Counted from the first letter of the stretch, positions 38,643-49,954 are shown. The stretch is 63,391 nucleotides of DNA from an uncultured Planctomycetia bacterium (GCA_964629785.1 CAZVRU010000005.1:27225-90615); one strand, 5' to 3'. Notes: generated from the sequence alone by a model not told the origin. Program-made: numbers and translations.

Positions 38643-40058
38643 ATGGAATATCTGGAAAAACTGCATAAGATCAGGGAACAGTTCGGTGATCCTTTCCAGG
38701 AAACAAAATTTCCCAAATCAGGATCTATTCAGCAGGTTTTAGACGCCTTTGAAGAGGAAAAAGAGATCAGTCTGGCCGGCCGTCTGGTCACCAAAAGGGA
38801 ACACGGCAAATCCGCTTTTGCTCATATAGCGGATGTGACCGGCAAGATCCAGATATATGCTCAGCTTAATAAGCTGGGGGATAAGTACCGCCTGTTCAAA
38901 GAACTGGATATCGGCGATATCATCGGCGTGCAGGGTAAATTGTTCGTGACCAGGACCGGGGAAAAGACGTTGTATGCCGAAAATCTGGTGCTTTTATCCA
39001 AATGTCTGCACGGTCTGCCGGAAAAATGGCATGGTCTGAAAGATATCGAGACCAGGCACCGTCAGCGCTATGTAGATCTGATCGCTTCTCAGGAAAGCCG
39101 CGAGGTTTTTCTGAAACGGATCGGCATTCTCAGGGATATCAGGGCTTTTTTCCGGGAACGCGGTTATGCCGAAGTGGAAACGCCGATGCTTCAGCTTATT
39201 CCCGGCGGGGCGAACGGAGCCCCGTTTGCCACTCATTATAATGCCATCGATAGCGACGTTTATCTGCGTATAGCTCCCGAATTGTTTCTAAAAAGACTGC
39301 TGGTGGGCGGTTTCGATAAAGTGTTCGAGATCAACCGCAGTTTCAGGAACGAAGGGATATCTACCCGGCATTCCCCTGAATTTACCATGCTTGAGGCTTA
39401 TGCCTGTTATGAGGATTTCGAGTATCAGATAAAGATATGCGAAGACCTTATTTCTTCGCTGGTCCAGTCTCTGTACGATACCATGCAGATAGAATATCAG
39501 GGACAGATCATAGATTTTTCCCCGCCCTGGCCCCGCCTTTCTTTTGCCGGTCTGTTCAAAGAGGAGTTCGGGGTGCTGCCCGGGGATGATCAGGATAAAG
39601 TCCTGGAAAAGGTGACTGCCCGGCTCGATCTTTCTCTGAAAGAACTGAGCCGTTCTCAGATATTGAATATTACCGAGGAATTGATCGAGAAACGTTATCC
39701 GAAAAAGACGCCGGTGTTCGTCGTCGATTTTTTCAAATGGATGTCGCCTCTTGCCAAATCTCAGAAAGAAAATCCGGAGATCGTAGAGCGTTTCGAACTG
39801 TTTATCGCCGGTCTGGAAGTGGCCAACAGTTATTCGGAATTGAACGATCCTCTGGAGCAGGAAAAAAGGTTCAAAGCCCAGTTAAAGACAGAAGAAGAAC
39901 TGCCGAAAAAGATCGACGAGGATTTTCTGGTCAGTCTTCGTTACGGTATGCCGCCTGCGGCAGGACTGGGCATCGGGATAGACCGGCTGGTCATGATCCT
40001 GCTCGATCAGCCTTCGATACGTGACGTTATTCTGTTTCCGCTTCTTAAACCACTATAA
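38643..40058 (+). CDS. lysS: Lysine--tRNA ligase class II
   Basis: OB domain, ETPML, LRIAPEL.LKRL, FRNEG, ERFELF, GIGIDRL. Confidence 0.97.
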   Translation: MEYLEKLHKIREQFGDPFQETKFPKSGSIQQVLDAFEEEKEISLAGRLVTKREHGKSAFAHIADVTGKIQIYAQLNKLGDKYRLFKELDIGDIIGVQGKLFVTRTGEKTLYAENLVLLSKCLHGLPEKWHGLKDIETRHRQRYVDLIASQESREVFLKRIGILRDIRAFFRERGYAEVETPMLQLIPGGANGAPFATHYNAIDSDVYLRIAPELFLKRLLVGGFDKVFEINRSFRNEGISTRHSPEFTMLEAYACYEDFEYQIKICEDLISSLVQSLYDTMQIEYQGQIIDFSPPWPRLSFAGLFKEEFGVLPGDDQDKVLEKVTARLDLSLKELSRSQILNITEELIEKRYPKKTPVFVVDFFKWMSPLAKSQKENPEIVERFELFIAGLEVANSYSELNDPLEQEKRFKAQLKTEEELPKKIDEDFLVSLRYGMPPAAGLGIGIDRLVMILLDQPSIRDVILFPLLKPL

Positions 40059-40059
40059 A

Positions 40060-41214
40060 ATGCGGGTAGAATTTTTTCTTGCCTGGCGTTATCTTTTTAG
40101 AGGGAAAGCCCATCATATCCCTTTTGTCAGCGTGCTTTCCTGTATCGGTATTATACTGGGTGTGGCTACTCTGGTCATAGTCATGTCGGTGATGAACGGT
40201 TTTGACCGCGATCTGGCCGGCAAGCTTCTCAGTTTCAATCATCATCTGGTCGTGGAAAGTTATACCCCGGCCCTGTTATATGATATAAAAGACGGGATAA
40301 AAGATATGGCTGACGTGAAAAGCGCGACTCTTTACGCCCAGACCCAGGTTTTCTGCCAGTGCGATGATTACATAATACCGGTTGCCGTGCGCGGTATCGA
40401 TCTGAACGATAAACAGGAAAAAGAACTGTTTTATTCTTTTGTCCGCAAAGAGACCGGCGACCAGGGGTTTTTTGCCGGCGAGGCCCTGCAGCAGAGATTC
40501 TATCTGAAAGACAAAATTTCTTTTTATCCGTTGCATAAGAAACCGAAGCTTCAGGAAGTGCTTTTACGGGGCATTTTCCGGATCGGTCTCTATGATCTGG
40601 ACAGTTCTTATCTTATCGGAAGCCTTGAAGACACCATTTCTTTGAGCGAGCATTACGGGCTTTTTCTGGGAGTACGGATAGATCATCCTTTTGAAGCGGG
40701 AAAAGTCAAAGAACAGATCGAAAAAGCTTATCCTTCGCTGATCGTCAGTACCTGGATCGACATGAACCGGGTATTGTTCAGCGCTCTTAAACTGGAAAAG
40801 ATCACCATGTTCTTTATTCTGAGCCTGATCATCCTGGTGGCCACTTTCAGCGTATTTTCGATATTGATGGTAAAGGTAGTGGAAAAGACAAAAGAAACGG
40901 GGATACTTAAGGCCGTAGGTTGTACGGCACGCACGATAACGGCGATATTCACTTTGCAGGGTTTTCTCTTAAGCGTTGTGGGCATCGTTATCGGACTGGC
41001 CGCCGGCAGCGGAGTCTGTTATCTGCTGGAGCACTATCATTTTATCGAGATCCCCAGAGAGATCTATTATATCGATTATTTACCGGTATACGTAAGTTAC
41101 CGCGATCTGGGGGCGATCTCGCTGATAAGCCTGCTGCTTTCGCTGGTGGCCAGCATAATACCTGCTTTGCGGGCGTCGCGCCTGTCAGTATGCGAGGCAT
41201 TGCGTTATGAATAA
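40060..41214 (+). CDS. lolC: Lipoprotein-releasing ABC permease LolC/E
   Basis: VMSVMNGF, LKLEK, EK.KETGILKAVG, IYYIDYLP. Confidence 0.85.
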   Translation: MRVEFFLAWRYLFRGKAHHIPFVSVLSCIGIILGVATLVIVMSVMNGFDRDLAGKLLSFNHHLVVESYTPALLYDIKDGIKDMADVKSATLYAQTQVFCQCDDYIIPVAVRGIDLNDKQEKELFYSFVRKETGDQGFFAGEALQQRFYLKDKISFYPLHKKPKLQEVLLRGIFRIGLYDLDSSYLIGSLEDTISLSEHYGLFLGVRIDHPFEAGKVKEQIEKAYPSLIVSTWIDMNRVLFSALKLEKITMFFILSLIILVATFSVFSILMVKVVEKTKETGILKAVGCTARTITAIFTLQGFLLSVVGIVIGLAAGSGVCYLLEHYHFIEIPREIYYIDYLPVYVSYRDLGAISLISLLLSLVASIIPALRASRLSVCEALRYE

Positions 41215-41881
41215 ACTGCTGGAATTGAAGAACGTGACCAAGATCTACCGCAGCGGCAATGTCTCTTTGACGGCCCTTAAACAGGTCAGTGTTTCTTTCC
41301 AGCCGGGCGAATATACGGCGCTGATCGGTCCTTCGGGAGCCGGCAAATCGACCTTGATGCATATTGCCGGGGGCCTGGAGCCGCCGAGCCGCGGTTCGGT
41401 ACTTTACCGGGGTGAAGATATTTACCGGATGCGGGACAGCCGGATAGCCGGTTGGAGAAATAAAACAGTGGGATTTGTCTTTCAGTTCTATTATCTTATC
41501 GAAGAGCTGACTGTCCGGGAGAACGTGATCCTGCCTTTTCTGCTTTGCCCGGGAAAGCGAAAAACTGCTTTAAAGAAAGCCGGTGAGGTGTTAGAATATC
41601 TGGATATCGGGGATAAAAAAAACAGTTTTCCCAGTGAATTGAGCGGCGGTCAGAAGCAAAAAGCGGTTCTGGCCAGGGCCATTATCAACGATCCGGAAAT
41701 ACTGTTTTGCGATGAACCGACAGGCAATCTGGATACTGCATCGGCGGAAAAAGTCCTCGAGCTGTTGTCTTTGCTGCATAAGGAAAAAGGTAAGACTGTG
41801 GTCATCGTCACTCATAATCCGGAGATAGCCCGGAAAGCGCAGAGGATCGTGGGCCTGAGTGACGGCGAATTGAATGTATAA
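41207..41881 (+). CDS. lolD: Lipoprotein-releasing ABC ATPase LolD
   Basis: GPSGAGKST, GFVFQFYYL, LSGGQKQK, DEPTGNLD. Confidence 0.82.
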   Translation: MNKLLELKNVTKIYRSGNVSLTALKQVSVSFQPGEYTALIGPSGAGKSTLMHIAGGLEPPSRGSVLYRGEDIYRMRDSRIAGWRNKTVGFVFQFYYLIEELTVRENVILPFLLCPGKRKTALKKAGEVLEYLDIGDKKNSFPSELSGGQKQKAVLARAIINDPEILFCDEPTGNLDTASAEKVLELLSLLHKEKGKTVVIVTHNPEIARKAQRIVGLSDGELNV

Positions 41882-41893
41882 TAAGGAGGCAGT

Positions 41894-42775
41894 ATGAAGA
41901 TATATCTTAACGGTAAATTGGTCGATAAAAAGGACGCGAAAGTATCGGTGTTCGATCACGGTTATTTATACGGCGACGGTGTTTTCGAGGGCATACGTTC
42001 TTATAATTGTCTGGTATTCAAGCTGAACGAGCATATCGACCGTCTTTATGAATCGGCTCATTCGATCATGCTTCAGATCAGGATGACGAAAAAACAGATG
42101 GTGGCAGCTATTGTCCAGACCCTTAAGGCCAACAAATTGAAAGATGCCTATATCCGGGTGATTATATCCCGCGGCGAAGGCGACCTGGGACTGGACCCGC
42201 GTAAATGCAAAGGCAACGAAACGATAGTGATCATTGCCGATAAGATCGCTCTTTATCCCCGCGATCTGTACCTGAAGGGGATGAAATTGATGACCGTACC
42301 TACTACCCGGAATCTGCCGGAAGCAGTGAACCCTCAGATCAAATCGTTGAATTATCTCAATAATATCCTGGCCAAGATCGAGGCGGTCAATGCCGGTTAT
42401 CAGGAGGCCTTGATGCTTAATCATCTGGGATATGTATCGGAATGTACGGGAGATAATATTTTCGTGGTCAAAAAGAACAAATTGTATACCACGCCGCAAT
42501 GCATGGGCACTTTACGGGGTATTACCAGGGACGCGGTGCTTGATATCGCCAGGAAACTGAAGATCGAGACCTGTGAACACGTAGTGACGCGCCACGAACT
42601 CTATATTGCCGATGAATGTTTTTTGACCGGTACGGCAGCTGAGATTATACCGGTGGTCGATCTTGACGGAAGGAAGATCGGCGACGGTAAGCCGGGTAAA
42701 GTGACGAAACGCATCAGACAGGAATTTACCGCTCTTACCAGGAAGGCCGGAGTAAAATATACCCTGGGTAAATAA
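41894..42775 (+). CDS. ilvE: Branched-chain amino acid aminotransferase (class IV)
   Basis: YGDGVFEG, HIDRL, KSLNYL, ECTGDNIF, GITR, FLTGTAAE. Confidence 0.93.
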   Translation: MKIYLNGKLVDKKDAKVSVFDHGYLYGDGVFEGIRSYNCLVFKLNEHIDRLYESAHSIMLQIRMTKKQMVAAIVQTLKANKLKDAYIRVIISRGEGDLGLDPRKCKGNETIVIIADKIALYPRDLYLKGMKLMTVPTTRNLPEAVNPQIKSLNYLNNILAKIEAVNAGYQEALMLNHLGYVSECTGDNIFVVKKNKLYTTPQCMGTLRGITRDAVLDIARKLKIETCEHVVTRHELYIADECFLTGTAAEIIPVVDLDGRKIGDGKPGKVTKRIRQEFTALTRKAGVKYTLGK

Positions 42776-42852
42776 GTCTCTCCCGATCAACACGTCGCCG
42801 ATAAAAACCGGAGAAGTTTTTTGCGCGGTTTAGTTTAGAACCGGGGAAAATC

Positions 42853-43347
42853 ATGTTGTGCGATATCTGTCACAAAAATATTGCCACGGTACACCTGACC
42901 GAGATCATTAACAGTAAGGTGATCGAACTGCATCTCTGTCAGGACTGTGCCAGCGTCAAGACCGAAGAGCTGAAACATCAGCTCAGTCTGTCTGATTTTT
43001 TCAGCGGCCTTATCCAGACCCCGCGGGAGGCCCCGGCAAAACCGCTTTATTGTCCTTTCTGTAATCTTTCTTTCGAAGATTTCAAGAAAAGAGGCAGGTT
43101 CGGTTGTGCCCGGTGTTACGAGGCTTTCCGGGATCAGCTGATATCTTTGTTGAGAAAGATCCAGGGGTCGGCTGCCCATGTCGGTAAAACACCTTTTTCT
43201 CTGGCCGAAAGCAAAAGTGTTCAGGCCAGGATAAAAGAGATGAGAGAACGCCTGGGCCGGGCGATTAAACTGGAAGAATACGAAGAAGCAGCCCGGATCA
43301 GGGATTGTCTCCGGAAGCTGGAAAGAGAAAAAAAAGACGATGAGTGA
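42853..43347 (+). CDS. mcsA: McsA (CxxC motifs plus UVR domain)
   Basis: MLCDIC, LCQDCA, CPFC, FGCARCY, EEYEEAARIRD. Confidence 0.92.
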   Translation: MLCDICHKNIATVHLTEIINSKVIELHLCQDCASVKTEELKHQLSLSDFFSGLIQTPREAPAKPLYCPFCNLSFEDFKKRGRFGCARCYEAFRDQLISLLRKIQGSAAHVGKTPFSLAESKSVQARIKEMRERLGRAIKLEEYEEAARIRDCLRKLEREKKDDE

Positions 43348-44395
43348 GATCTTCGAGTTTTTCATGAAAAAAGGAAAAAGCTGGCTCGATTCCGGCGGCC
43401 CTGATTCGTCTATCGTTGTTTCTTCCCGGATCAGGCTGGCCCGGAACCTCTCGGCCTATCCCTTTCCGGAAAAAGCTGCTCTGGAACAGAAATATGAGAT
43501 CCTGAAATCAGTGGAAGATGCCTGCCGGACAGTTGCCGGTTTTGACGATGCCTTTTATGTCTCCCTGGAGGAACTTAGCGATCAGGAGAGGAAGCTGTTA
43601 TGGGAAAGGCACCTTATCAGTCAGGAGCACACTTTTGAGCCGCAGGGCAAAGGACTTATTGTCTCAGCCGACGAAAAGATCTCGATGATGATCAATGAAG
43701 AGGACCATATCCGCCTGCAGTATCTCAGTTCCGGTTTTTCCCTGTTGAAAAGCTGGGCAATCGTAACTGCTCTGGATGATGAATTGTCGAAAAGACTTAC
43801 TTTCGCTTTTTTACCCGATCTGGGTTATCTGACCTCCTGTCCCACCAATGTCGGCACTGCTTTAAGGGCTTCCTGCATGCTTCATCTTCCGGCCCTGGTT
43901 TTGACCAAACGTATTAATAAGGTCCTGGAACTGCTGGCCAAACTTTCTTTTACTGCCCGCGGTTTGTTCGGCGAAGGGACCCAGGCCCTGGGTAATTTTT
44001 TTCAGGTATCCAATCAGGTCACTCTGGGGCTTTCCGAAGAGGATCTGATAGAAAATCTTTCGGGAGTGATCAATCAGGTCAAAGATCAGGAAGAGCAGGC
44101 CAGGGAAACGATGGTCAAACGATATAAATTCACTGTCGAAGATAATGTCTGGCGTTCTCTGGGTATATTGAAGAATGCCCGGATAATAACCACCAGGGAG
44201 GCGCTCTCTCATCTTTCGATGTTGTATTTGGGGATAGATTTAGGTATAATTAAGGGGATTAACCGGGATATATTAAATAATCTATTTATTATAATACAGC
44301 CCGCGCATCTGCAGTATATGGAACATAAGACATTGAAGGAAGAAACGCGGGACTATCTAAGGGCTTCATTGTTGAGAAAGGATTTAGGAGGATAA
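43340..44395 (+). CDS. mcsB: Protein arginine kinase
   Basis: SSRIRLARN, MINEEDHIR, GYLTSCPTNVGT. Confidence 0.95.
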   Translation: MSEIFEFFMKKGKSWLDSGGPDSSIVVSSRIRLARNLSAYPFPEKAALEQKYEILKSVEDACRTVAGFDDAFYVSLEELSDQERKLLWERHLISQEHTFEPQGKGLIVSADEKISMMINEEDHIRLQYLSSGFSLLKSWAIVTALDDELSKRLTFAFLPDLGYLTSCPTNVGTALRASCMLHLPALVLTKRINKVLELLAKLSFTARGLFGEGTQALGNFFQVSNQVTLGLSEEDLIENLSGVINQVKDQEEQARETMVKRYKFTVEDNVWRSLGILKNARIITTREALSHLSMLYLGIDLGIIKGINRDILNNLFIIIQPAHLQYMEHKTLKEETRDYLRASLLRKDLGG

Positions 44396-44397
44396 GC

Positions 44398-46836
44398 ATG
44401 TTTAATCGTTTTACTGAACGGGCGAGAAAAGTCCTGGTGCTGGCTAAAGAAGAAGCACGCCGTTTTAACCATGATTATATCGGGACCGAGCATATTCTGC
44501 TGGGCCTGGTACGGGAAGGGGAAGGAGTTGCCTGCGCCGTATTGCAGAATCTGGGCGCGGACCTGGACCGTTTACGTATGGAGATCGAGAAGCTGATCAG
44601 CCCGGGAAGCGCGACCAGCGTGGTCGGCGATATACCTTTTACGCCGCGGGCCAAAAAAGCCCTGGAACTGGCAGCCGAAGAAGCCCGTTCTCTGGGCCAC
44701 AATTATATCGGCACCGAACATATTCTGCTGGGGTTGATCAGGGAAGGCGAAGGCCTGGCCAATCAGGTGTTGTATGGTATGGGTATCGATCTGGGCAGGG
44801 TCAAAGACGAAATATCTTCCCTTCTCGGCGGAACTCACTCGTCTGCCGCAAGCGGCGGAGCTTCCCATGCCACATCCAAGACTCCGGCTCTCGATTCATT
44901 CGGACGCGACCTGACCAAATATGCCCGGGACGGAAAACTCGACCCGGTTATCGGGCGCAGTACCGAGATCGAACGGGTCATCCAGGTTTTGTCGCGCCGT
45001 ACCAAGAACAACCCGGTACTGTTAGGCGAAGCCGGAGTTGGTAAGACCGCTATCGTGGAAGGACTGGCTCAGAGCATTGTCAGCGGAAACGTGCCTGAGG
45101 TTTTGCGCGGCAAACGGATCATCGGATTGGACCTGGCTTTGATGATAGCCGGGACTAAATACCGGGGACAGTTCGAAGAAAGAATAAAAGCGGTTATGGA
45201 AGAGATAAAACGTTCTAAAGATACTATTATTTTTATCGATGAACTGCATACCCTGGTCGGTGCCGGGGCCGCCGAAGGAGCGATCGATGCCTCCAATATA
45301 CTGAAGCCGGCCCTGTCGCGGGGAGAGATACAGTGTATCGGCGCTACCACGCTTGACGAGTACCGGAAATATATCGAAAAGGACGCTGCTCTGGAACGAA
45401 GATTCCAGCCCATTTATGTGGAGCCTAATACCGTCGATGAGACTTTTCAGATATTAAAAGGTCTGCGGGACAAATACGAAGCTCATCATCGGGTCCAGTT
45501 TACGGACGAAGCTTTGTGGGGCGCGTCAAAACTTTCCGACCGGTATCTTTCCGACCGTTTTCTGCCGGATAAGGCCATAGACCTTATCGATGAATCAGGA
45601 GCCCGGGCCCGTCTGGCAGTGTTGACCGTTCCTGACGAGATACAGGAGCTGGAAAAACGTCTTGCCGAGATAATTACCGAAAAAGAAGCGCTGATCAAAC
45701 AGCAGGATTTCGAAGCTGCGGCGCGTTTAAGGGACGAAGAGAAAAGTCTGCGTTTGAAACTGGAAAGTCTGCGCCGGGACTGGAACAAGAAGCGCGATCA
45801 GATCATTCCCACGGTAAATGAAGAAGATATGGCCAAACTGGTAGCCCAGATCACCGGTATTCCTATTTACCGTCTGGAACAGAAAGAATCGGAAAAGCTG
45901 ATGAAGATGGAATCAGAATTAGGCAAGACCGTTATCGGTCAGGACCAGTCGCTGGCTTCTATTGCCCGGGCCGTGCGCCGGGCCAGGGCCGGGATCAAAG
46001 AACCGCGGCGTCCTATCGGCTCGTTTATCTTTCTCGGGCCTACCGGCGTGGGAAAGACCCTTCTGGCTCAGGCTCTGGCTGAATTCATGTTCGGCAATGA
46101 AGAAGCTTTGATCCAGATCGATATGAGCGAATATATGGAAAAATTCAACGTATCCCGTCTGGTAGGCGCGCCTCCCGGTTACGTGGGATATGAAGAGGGC
46201 GGTCAGCTTACCGAAAGAGTGCGCCGCCGGCCTTATTCGGTGGTTTTGCTCGATGAGATCGAAAAAGCTCATCCCGATGTGTTTAACCTGTTGCTGCAGA
46301 TCCTGGAAGAAGGGCGGCTTACCGACAGTTTCGGCCGCAAAGTCGATTTCCGGAATACTATTATGATCATGACTTCCAATGTCGGGGCCGATATAATCCG
46401 GAAACGCGGCTCTCTGGGGTTCAAAACGATCACCGAAGAAATAAGTTACGAAGATATGAAACAATTGCTTTTGGAGGAAGTAAAAAAGACCTTCAAACCG
46501 GAATTTTTGAACCGGCTCGATGAGATCATCGTGTTTAAACCGCTGGACAAAGAATCGTTGAGCAATATAGTCAATATCGAGCTGGAGCATGTCAATGACC
46601 GGCTTAAAGATCAGGGATTCTTTGTCGAGATGACTCAGGAAGCCAAAGATCTATTTATCGAAAAAGGATTCGACCCGGTATTCGGTGCCCGGCCGTTAAA
46701 AAGGATCATTCAGCGTTTTCTGGAAGATCCTCTGGCCGAAGATATCATTACGGGACGTTTCGGGAAACAGGAAAAGGGACAGGAATTGCTCAAGGTCGTA
46801 GCCCGTAAAGAAGGAGATCACCTCGTCTTTGAATGA
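44398..46836 (+). CDS. clpC: ATP-dependent Clp protease ATPase subunit
   Basis: Two Clp-N repeats, [11 protein letters not shown] linker, [14 protein letters not shown]. Confidence 0.97.
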   Translation: MFNRFTERARKVLVLAKEEARRFNHDYIGTEHILLGLVREGEGVACAVLQNLGADLDRLRMEIEKLISPGSATSVVGDIPFTPRAKKALELAAEEARSLGHNYIGTEHILLGLIREGEGLANQVLYGMGIDLGRVKDEISSLLGGTHSSAASGGASHATSKTPALDSFGRDLTKYARDGKLDPVIGRSTEIERVIQVLSRRTKNNPVLLGEAGVGKTAIVEGLAQSIVSGNVPEVLRGKRIIGLDLALMIAGTKYRGQFEERIKAVMEEIKRSKDTIIFIDELHTLVGAGAAEGAIDASNILKPALSRGEIQCIGATTLDEYRKYIEKDAALERRFQPIYVEPNTVDETFQILKGLRDKYEAHHRVQFTDEALWGASKLSDRYLSDRFLPDKAIDLIDESGARARLAVLTVPDEIQELEKRLAEIITEKEALIKQQDFEAAARLRDEEKSLRLKLESLRRDWNKKRDQIIPTVNEEDMAKLVAQITGIPIYRLEQKESEKLMKMESELGKTVIGQDQSLASIARAVRRARAGIKEPRRPIGSFIFLGPTGVGKTLLAQALAEFMFGNEEALIQIDMSEYMEKFNVSRLVGAPPGYVGYEEGGQLTERVRRRPYSVVLLDEIEKAHPDVFNLLLQILEEGRLTDSFGRKVDFRNTIMIMTSNVGADIIRKRGSLGFKTITEEISYEDMKQLLLEEVKKTFKPEFLNRLDEIIVFKPLDKESLSNIVNIELEHVNDRLKDQGFFVEMTQEAKDLFIEKGFDPVFGARPLKRIIQRFLEDPLAEDIITGRFGKQEKGQELLKVVARKEGDHLVFE

Positions 46837-47720
46837 AAAAATACCGGACACTCTTACACTTTCTGATCATCATTGCATGCTGTCATCTGCCCTTCGGCAG
46901 CCTGTGTGCCGCCCCTTCCGTTAATTCCGATGATTTTTTTGTGTTTTTGTCGGATTTTTCTCTGGGTAATATCGATATAAAAGGGAATGTCCATATAAAC
47001 ATATCGGAACAGAACGAATATCTGGTTTATGCCTTAACTGCCGAGAACGTGCGATTGGGCGACTTACCGCTGAATAGCGTCGAGGCCAAGGTGACCAAAA
47101 AGAACAACGAGTATATAATCACCTATATAAAAGGCGATATCTTTCTGGCCACGGGGAAAATAGATTTTTCCCGCAATTTTCTTTCTTTGAACATAAATGT
47201 CAATTTTCCTCTTTTTCTAAAACAGGTTAAAGGTGAAATGCGGGGTAAATTGTCGGTGGAAGGGGATATCAATAAGCCGTGGATCAAGGGGACACTTTAC
47301 GTGAAAGACGGTACTTATGGCGGGCAGAATTTCAGCCGGGCAACATTTTCCTGTTCCGGATATCCGCCTTATCTGCGTTTGAGCGATGCCGAGATAATTC
47401 TTTATGACGGTTCGCGCTACAGTATGGAAGGATTTATAAATCTTAACGATTTCCAGACTTTATTTTCTTCCTCGACTTTGAGCTCGCAGGAAGTCAACCT
47501 GGGCGAATGGAAAGTCTTTTCCGGCGACAGCGGAGCCGGTTTTGCCAAGGATATCGACAGTCATATGGGCGTAGCTTTCGGCAGTTCGCTTAAAAACGGT
47601 GATGAAACGGAAAATCTCGGCGCGGAGTTCCGTTATCAGCTGGCTGAGGATAAATTTTTGAAATTGCGAATGGAAGAGGATCGTTCGATAGTGGGATTCG
47701 AAAAAAGGCACGAATTTTAG
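46833..47720 (+). CDS. Secreted beta-rich protein, TamB/AsmA-like (tentative)
   Basis: ATGA overlap with clpC, signal-like N-terminus, GKLSVEGDINKPWIKGTL repeat-like strand, C-terminal amphipathic strands ending in Phe. Confidence 0.55.
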   Translation: MKKYRTLLHFLIIIACCHLPFGSLCAAPSVNSDDFFVFLSDFSLGNIDIKGNVHINISEQNEYLVYALTAENVRLGDLPLNSVEAKVTKKNNEYIITYIKGDIFLATGKIDFSRNFLSLNINVNFPLFLKQVKGEMRGKLSVEGDINKPWIKGTLYVKDGTYGGQNFSRATFSCSGYPPYLRLSDAEIILYDGSRYSMEGFINLNDFQTLFSSSTLSSQEVNLGEWKVFSGDSGAGFAKDIDSHMGVAFGSSLKNGDETENLGAEFRYQLAEDKFLKLRMEEDRSIVGFEKRHEF

Positions 47721-47722
47721 TC

Positions 47723-48487
47723 ATGCGGATAATAAAGAATCTCGAAGTTTTTTTTAAATACCTCGGTAATCTGGCGATCTTTATCAAGGACACCTTTTAT
47801 TTCCTTTTTACCCATAAAAGGGATTTTACTGCGCTGCTGAAAGAGATGGTTTTTATCGGGGTAAGCAGCCTTTCGCTTGTCGCCCTGATCTCCTTTTTTG
47901 TGGGGATCATCATCGCCTTCCAGACGGCTTATCAGCTTAAACAGCTGTCATCGGAAATATATATAGCATCGCTGGTGGCTTTGTCCCTGACGCGTGAACT
48001 GGGCCCGGTGCTGAGTTCGCTGATCGTCGCTGCCCGCAGCGGAGCTTCGATAACTGCCGGGATCGGTTCGATGAAAATAAGCGAACAGGTAGATGCTCTG
48101 GAAGCTTTTGCCGTAAGCCCGATTAATTACCTGGTAGTGCCTAAGCTGATCAGCCTTTTGTTCACTTTGCCGCTTCTGGTGATCTATGCCGACGGCATGG
48201 GGATCGTCGGCGGTTATATAGTAGGTTCCATGAAGTTCGGCATTCCCTTTAATTTTTATTTCCGATTGACCTTCGAGGCTCTCAAGTACAAGGATATTCT
48301 CAGCGGATTGATCAAAAGTTTTTGTTTCGGCGGTATCATCGCTTTTGTTTCCTGTTATGAAGGGTTCCAGCCCCAGTCTTCATCGGATGTGGCCACGGTG
48401 GTGACCAAGGCAGTGGTGCGTTCTTTTATCCTGATCATTATCTGTGATTGTATACTTACGGCCCTTTTTTATTTCGTTTTCGTATGA
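47723..48487 (+). CDS. mlaE: MlaE-type ABC permease
   Basis: RELGPVL, ARSGAS.TA.IGSMK.SEQVDALE, LVVPK. Confidence 0.92.
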   Translation: MRIIKNLEVFFKYLGNLAIFIKDTFYFLFTHKRDFTALLKEMVFIGVSSLSLVALISFFVGIIIAFQTAYQLKQLSSEIYIASLVALSLTRELGPVLSSLIVAARSGASITAGIGSMKISEQVDALEAFAVSPINYLVVPKLISLLFTLPLLVIYADGMGIVGGYIVGSMKFGIPFNFYFRLTFEALKYKDILSGLIKSFCFGGIIAFVSCYEGFQPQSSSDVATVVTKAVVRSFILIIICDCILTALFYFVFV

Positions 48488-49242
48488 GTATATTAAAATT
48501 ATCGCATATCAGCAAAGCTTTTAACGGCAAAAAAGTACTCGATGACATAAGTCTGGACATCGAGTCCGGCGAAGCTTTTTTGATCCTGGGCCGCAGCGGC
48601 GCGGGCAAGACCGTGCTCTTGAAACATATGCTGGGCCTGCTTTCTCCCGATAAAGGGAAAGTATTTGTCGACAACACCGATCTCAGCAAGATACCCCAGG
48701 AACGTATGGACAGGATACGGCTTAAATTCGGGGTGGTTTTTCAGAACAGCGCTTTGTTCGATTCGCTTACGGTAAAGGAAAACGTAGGTTTTGCTCTCTA
48801 TCATCATTCCGATCTGAGCGAGGAAAAGATAAAAAAAGAAGTGACGGAAACCCTTAAACTGGTAGGGCTTTCCGATATAAACGATAAATATCCTTACGAA
48901 TTGAGCGGCGGGATGAGGAAGCGGGTGGCTATCGCCCGGGCCATCATCTACCGTCCTAAAATAATCATCTATGACGAACCGACCACCGGTGTCGATCCGA
49001 TATCGGTGGATAAGATCGTGTCGTTGATCAAAGATCTTCATCAGAGACTTTCGATAACCACTCTGGTGGTCACCCACGACCTTCCGGTCGGGTTGAAGAT
49101 CGCCCAGCGCTGCGCCTTTCTCCTTCAGGGTAAGATCATCTTCGAAGGAAAAAAGGAAGAGCTGGAGCATATCAAGGACGAACGAGTAATACAGTTCATG
49201 AAAGGCAGTTCAGAAGGACCTATAAAGGAGACGGAGGTATAG
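48484..49242 (+). CDS. mlaF: MlaF-type ABC ATPase
   Basis: GRSGAGKT, FQNSALFDS, LSGGMRKRVA, YDEPTTGVDP; ATGA overlap with mlaE. Confidence 0.9.
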   Translation: MSILKLSHISKAFNGKKVLDDISLDIESGEAFLILGRSGAGKTVLLKHMLGLLSPDKGKVFVDNTDLSKIPQERMDRIRLKFGVVFQNSALFDSLTVKENVGFALYHHSDLSEEKIKKEVTETLKLVGLSDINDKYPYELSGGMRKRVAIARAIIYRPKIIIYDEPTTGVDPISVDKIVSLIKDLHQRLSITTLVVTHDLPVGLKIAQRCAFLLQGKIIFEGKKEELEHIKDERVIQFMKGSSEGPIKETEV

Positions 49243-49243
49243 G

Positions 49244-49954
49244 ATGAAAAGGAAAATGCTGGATGTAAGAAAACTTCTTCTGGAGATAAAAATAGGTGTT
49301 TTTATTTTAGGAGCGGCAGCTCTTGTCTTCGTGGCGGCTTTATCGATAAGGGAAATTTCTTTTATGGAAGGAAGCTATATCATAAAAGTCGATTTTAATT
49401 TTGCCGAAGGATTGAAATCTTCATCCCCGGTGCGTTTTTGCGGGGTCAATGTGGGAGAAGTAAAAAGAGTGGAGGTGATAAAGACCGCTGCTTCGCCCAC
49501 GGTTTATGTGTATGCCAAGATACAGCGCAGTGTTCAGATACCGTCTAATTCGAGGTTTTTGATAAATTCGCTGAGTCTTTTCGGCGAAAAATATCTGGAA
49601 ATAATACCGCCGGAGGAGGTCGACGGCTATATAAAAGAAAATGAAGTGGTGGAAGGGATCTCGCCGGTGCCTTTGTTCAATGTCATGGCTTCTTTTCACA
49701 AGACGATGCAGGAACTTGACGCTTTTGTCAATGAAGACGAGTTCAAGGAATCGATCAAAGAGATCGTCTTGAACATAAAAGGAGTCACCGGAGACCTGCA
49801 CGCCATTCTTCAGGAAATAAAATCCCAGGAGGGTAATTTAGGGAGGTTTATCTACGATGATTCTCTTTATCAGAAAACCGAAGAATTCATTGAAGATATA
49901 AAACAAAATCCCTGGAAACTCCTCTATAAACCCAAAAAGCGCAGATGTAATTAG
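49244..49954 (+). CDS. mlaD: MCE/MlaD family protein with helical C-terminus
   Basis: One TM, AEGLK.SSPVRFCGV.VG.V, SLFGEKYLEI, GNLGRFIYD..LY, NPW. Confidence 0.88.
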   Translation: MKRKMLDVRKLLLEIKIGVFILGAAALVFVAALSIREISFMEGSYIIKVDFNFAEGLKSSSPVRFCGVNVGEVKRVEVIKTAASPTVYVYAKIQRSVQIPSNSRFLINSLSLFGEKYLEIIPPEEVDGYIKENEVVEGISPVPLFNVMASFHKTMQELDAFVNEDEFKESIKEIVLNIKGVTGDLHAILQEIKSQEGNLGRFIYDDSLYQKTEEFIEDIKQNPWKLLYKPKKRRCN

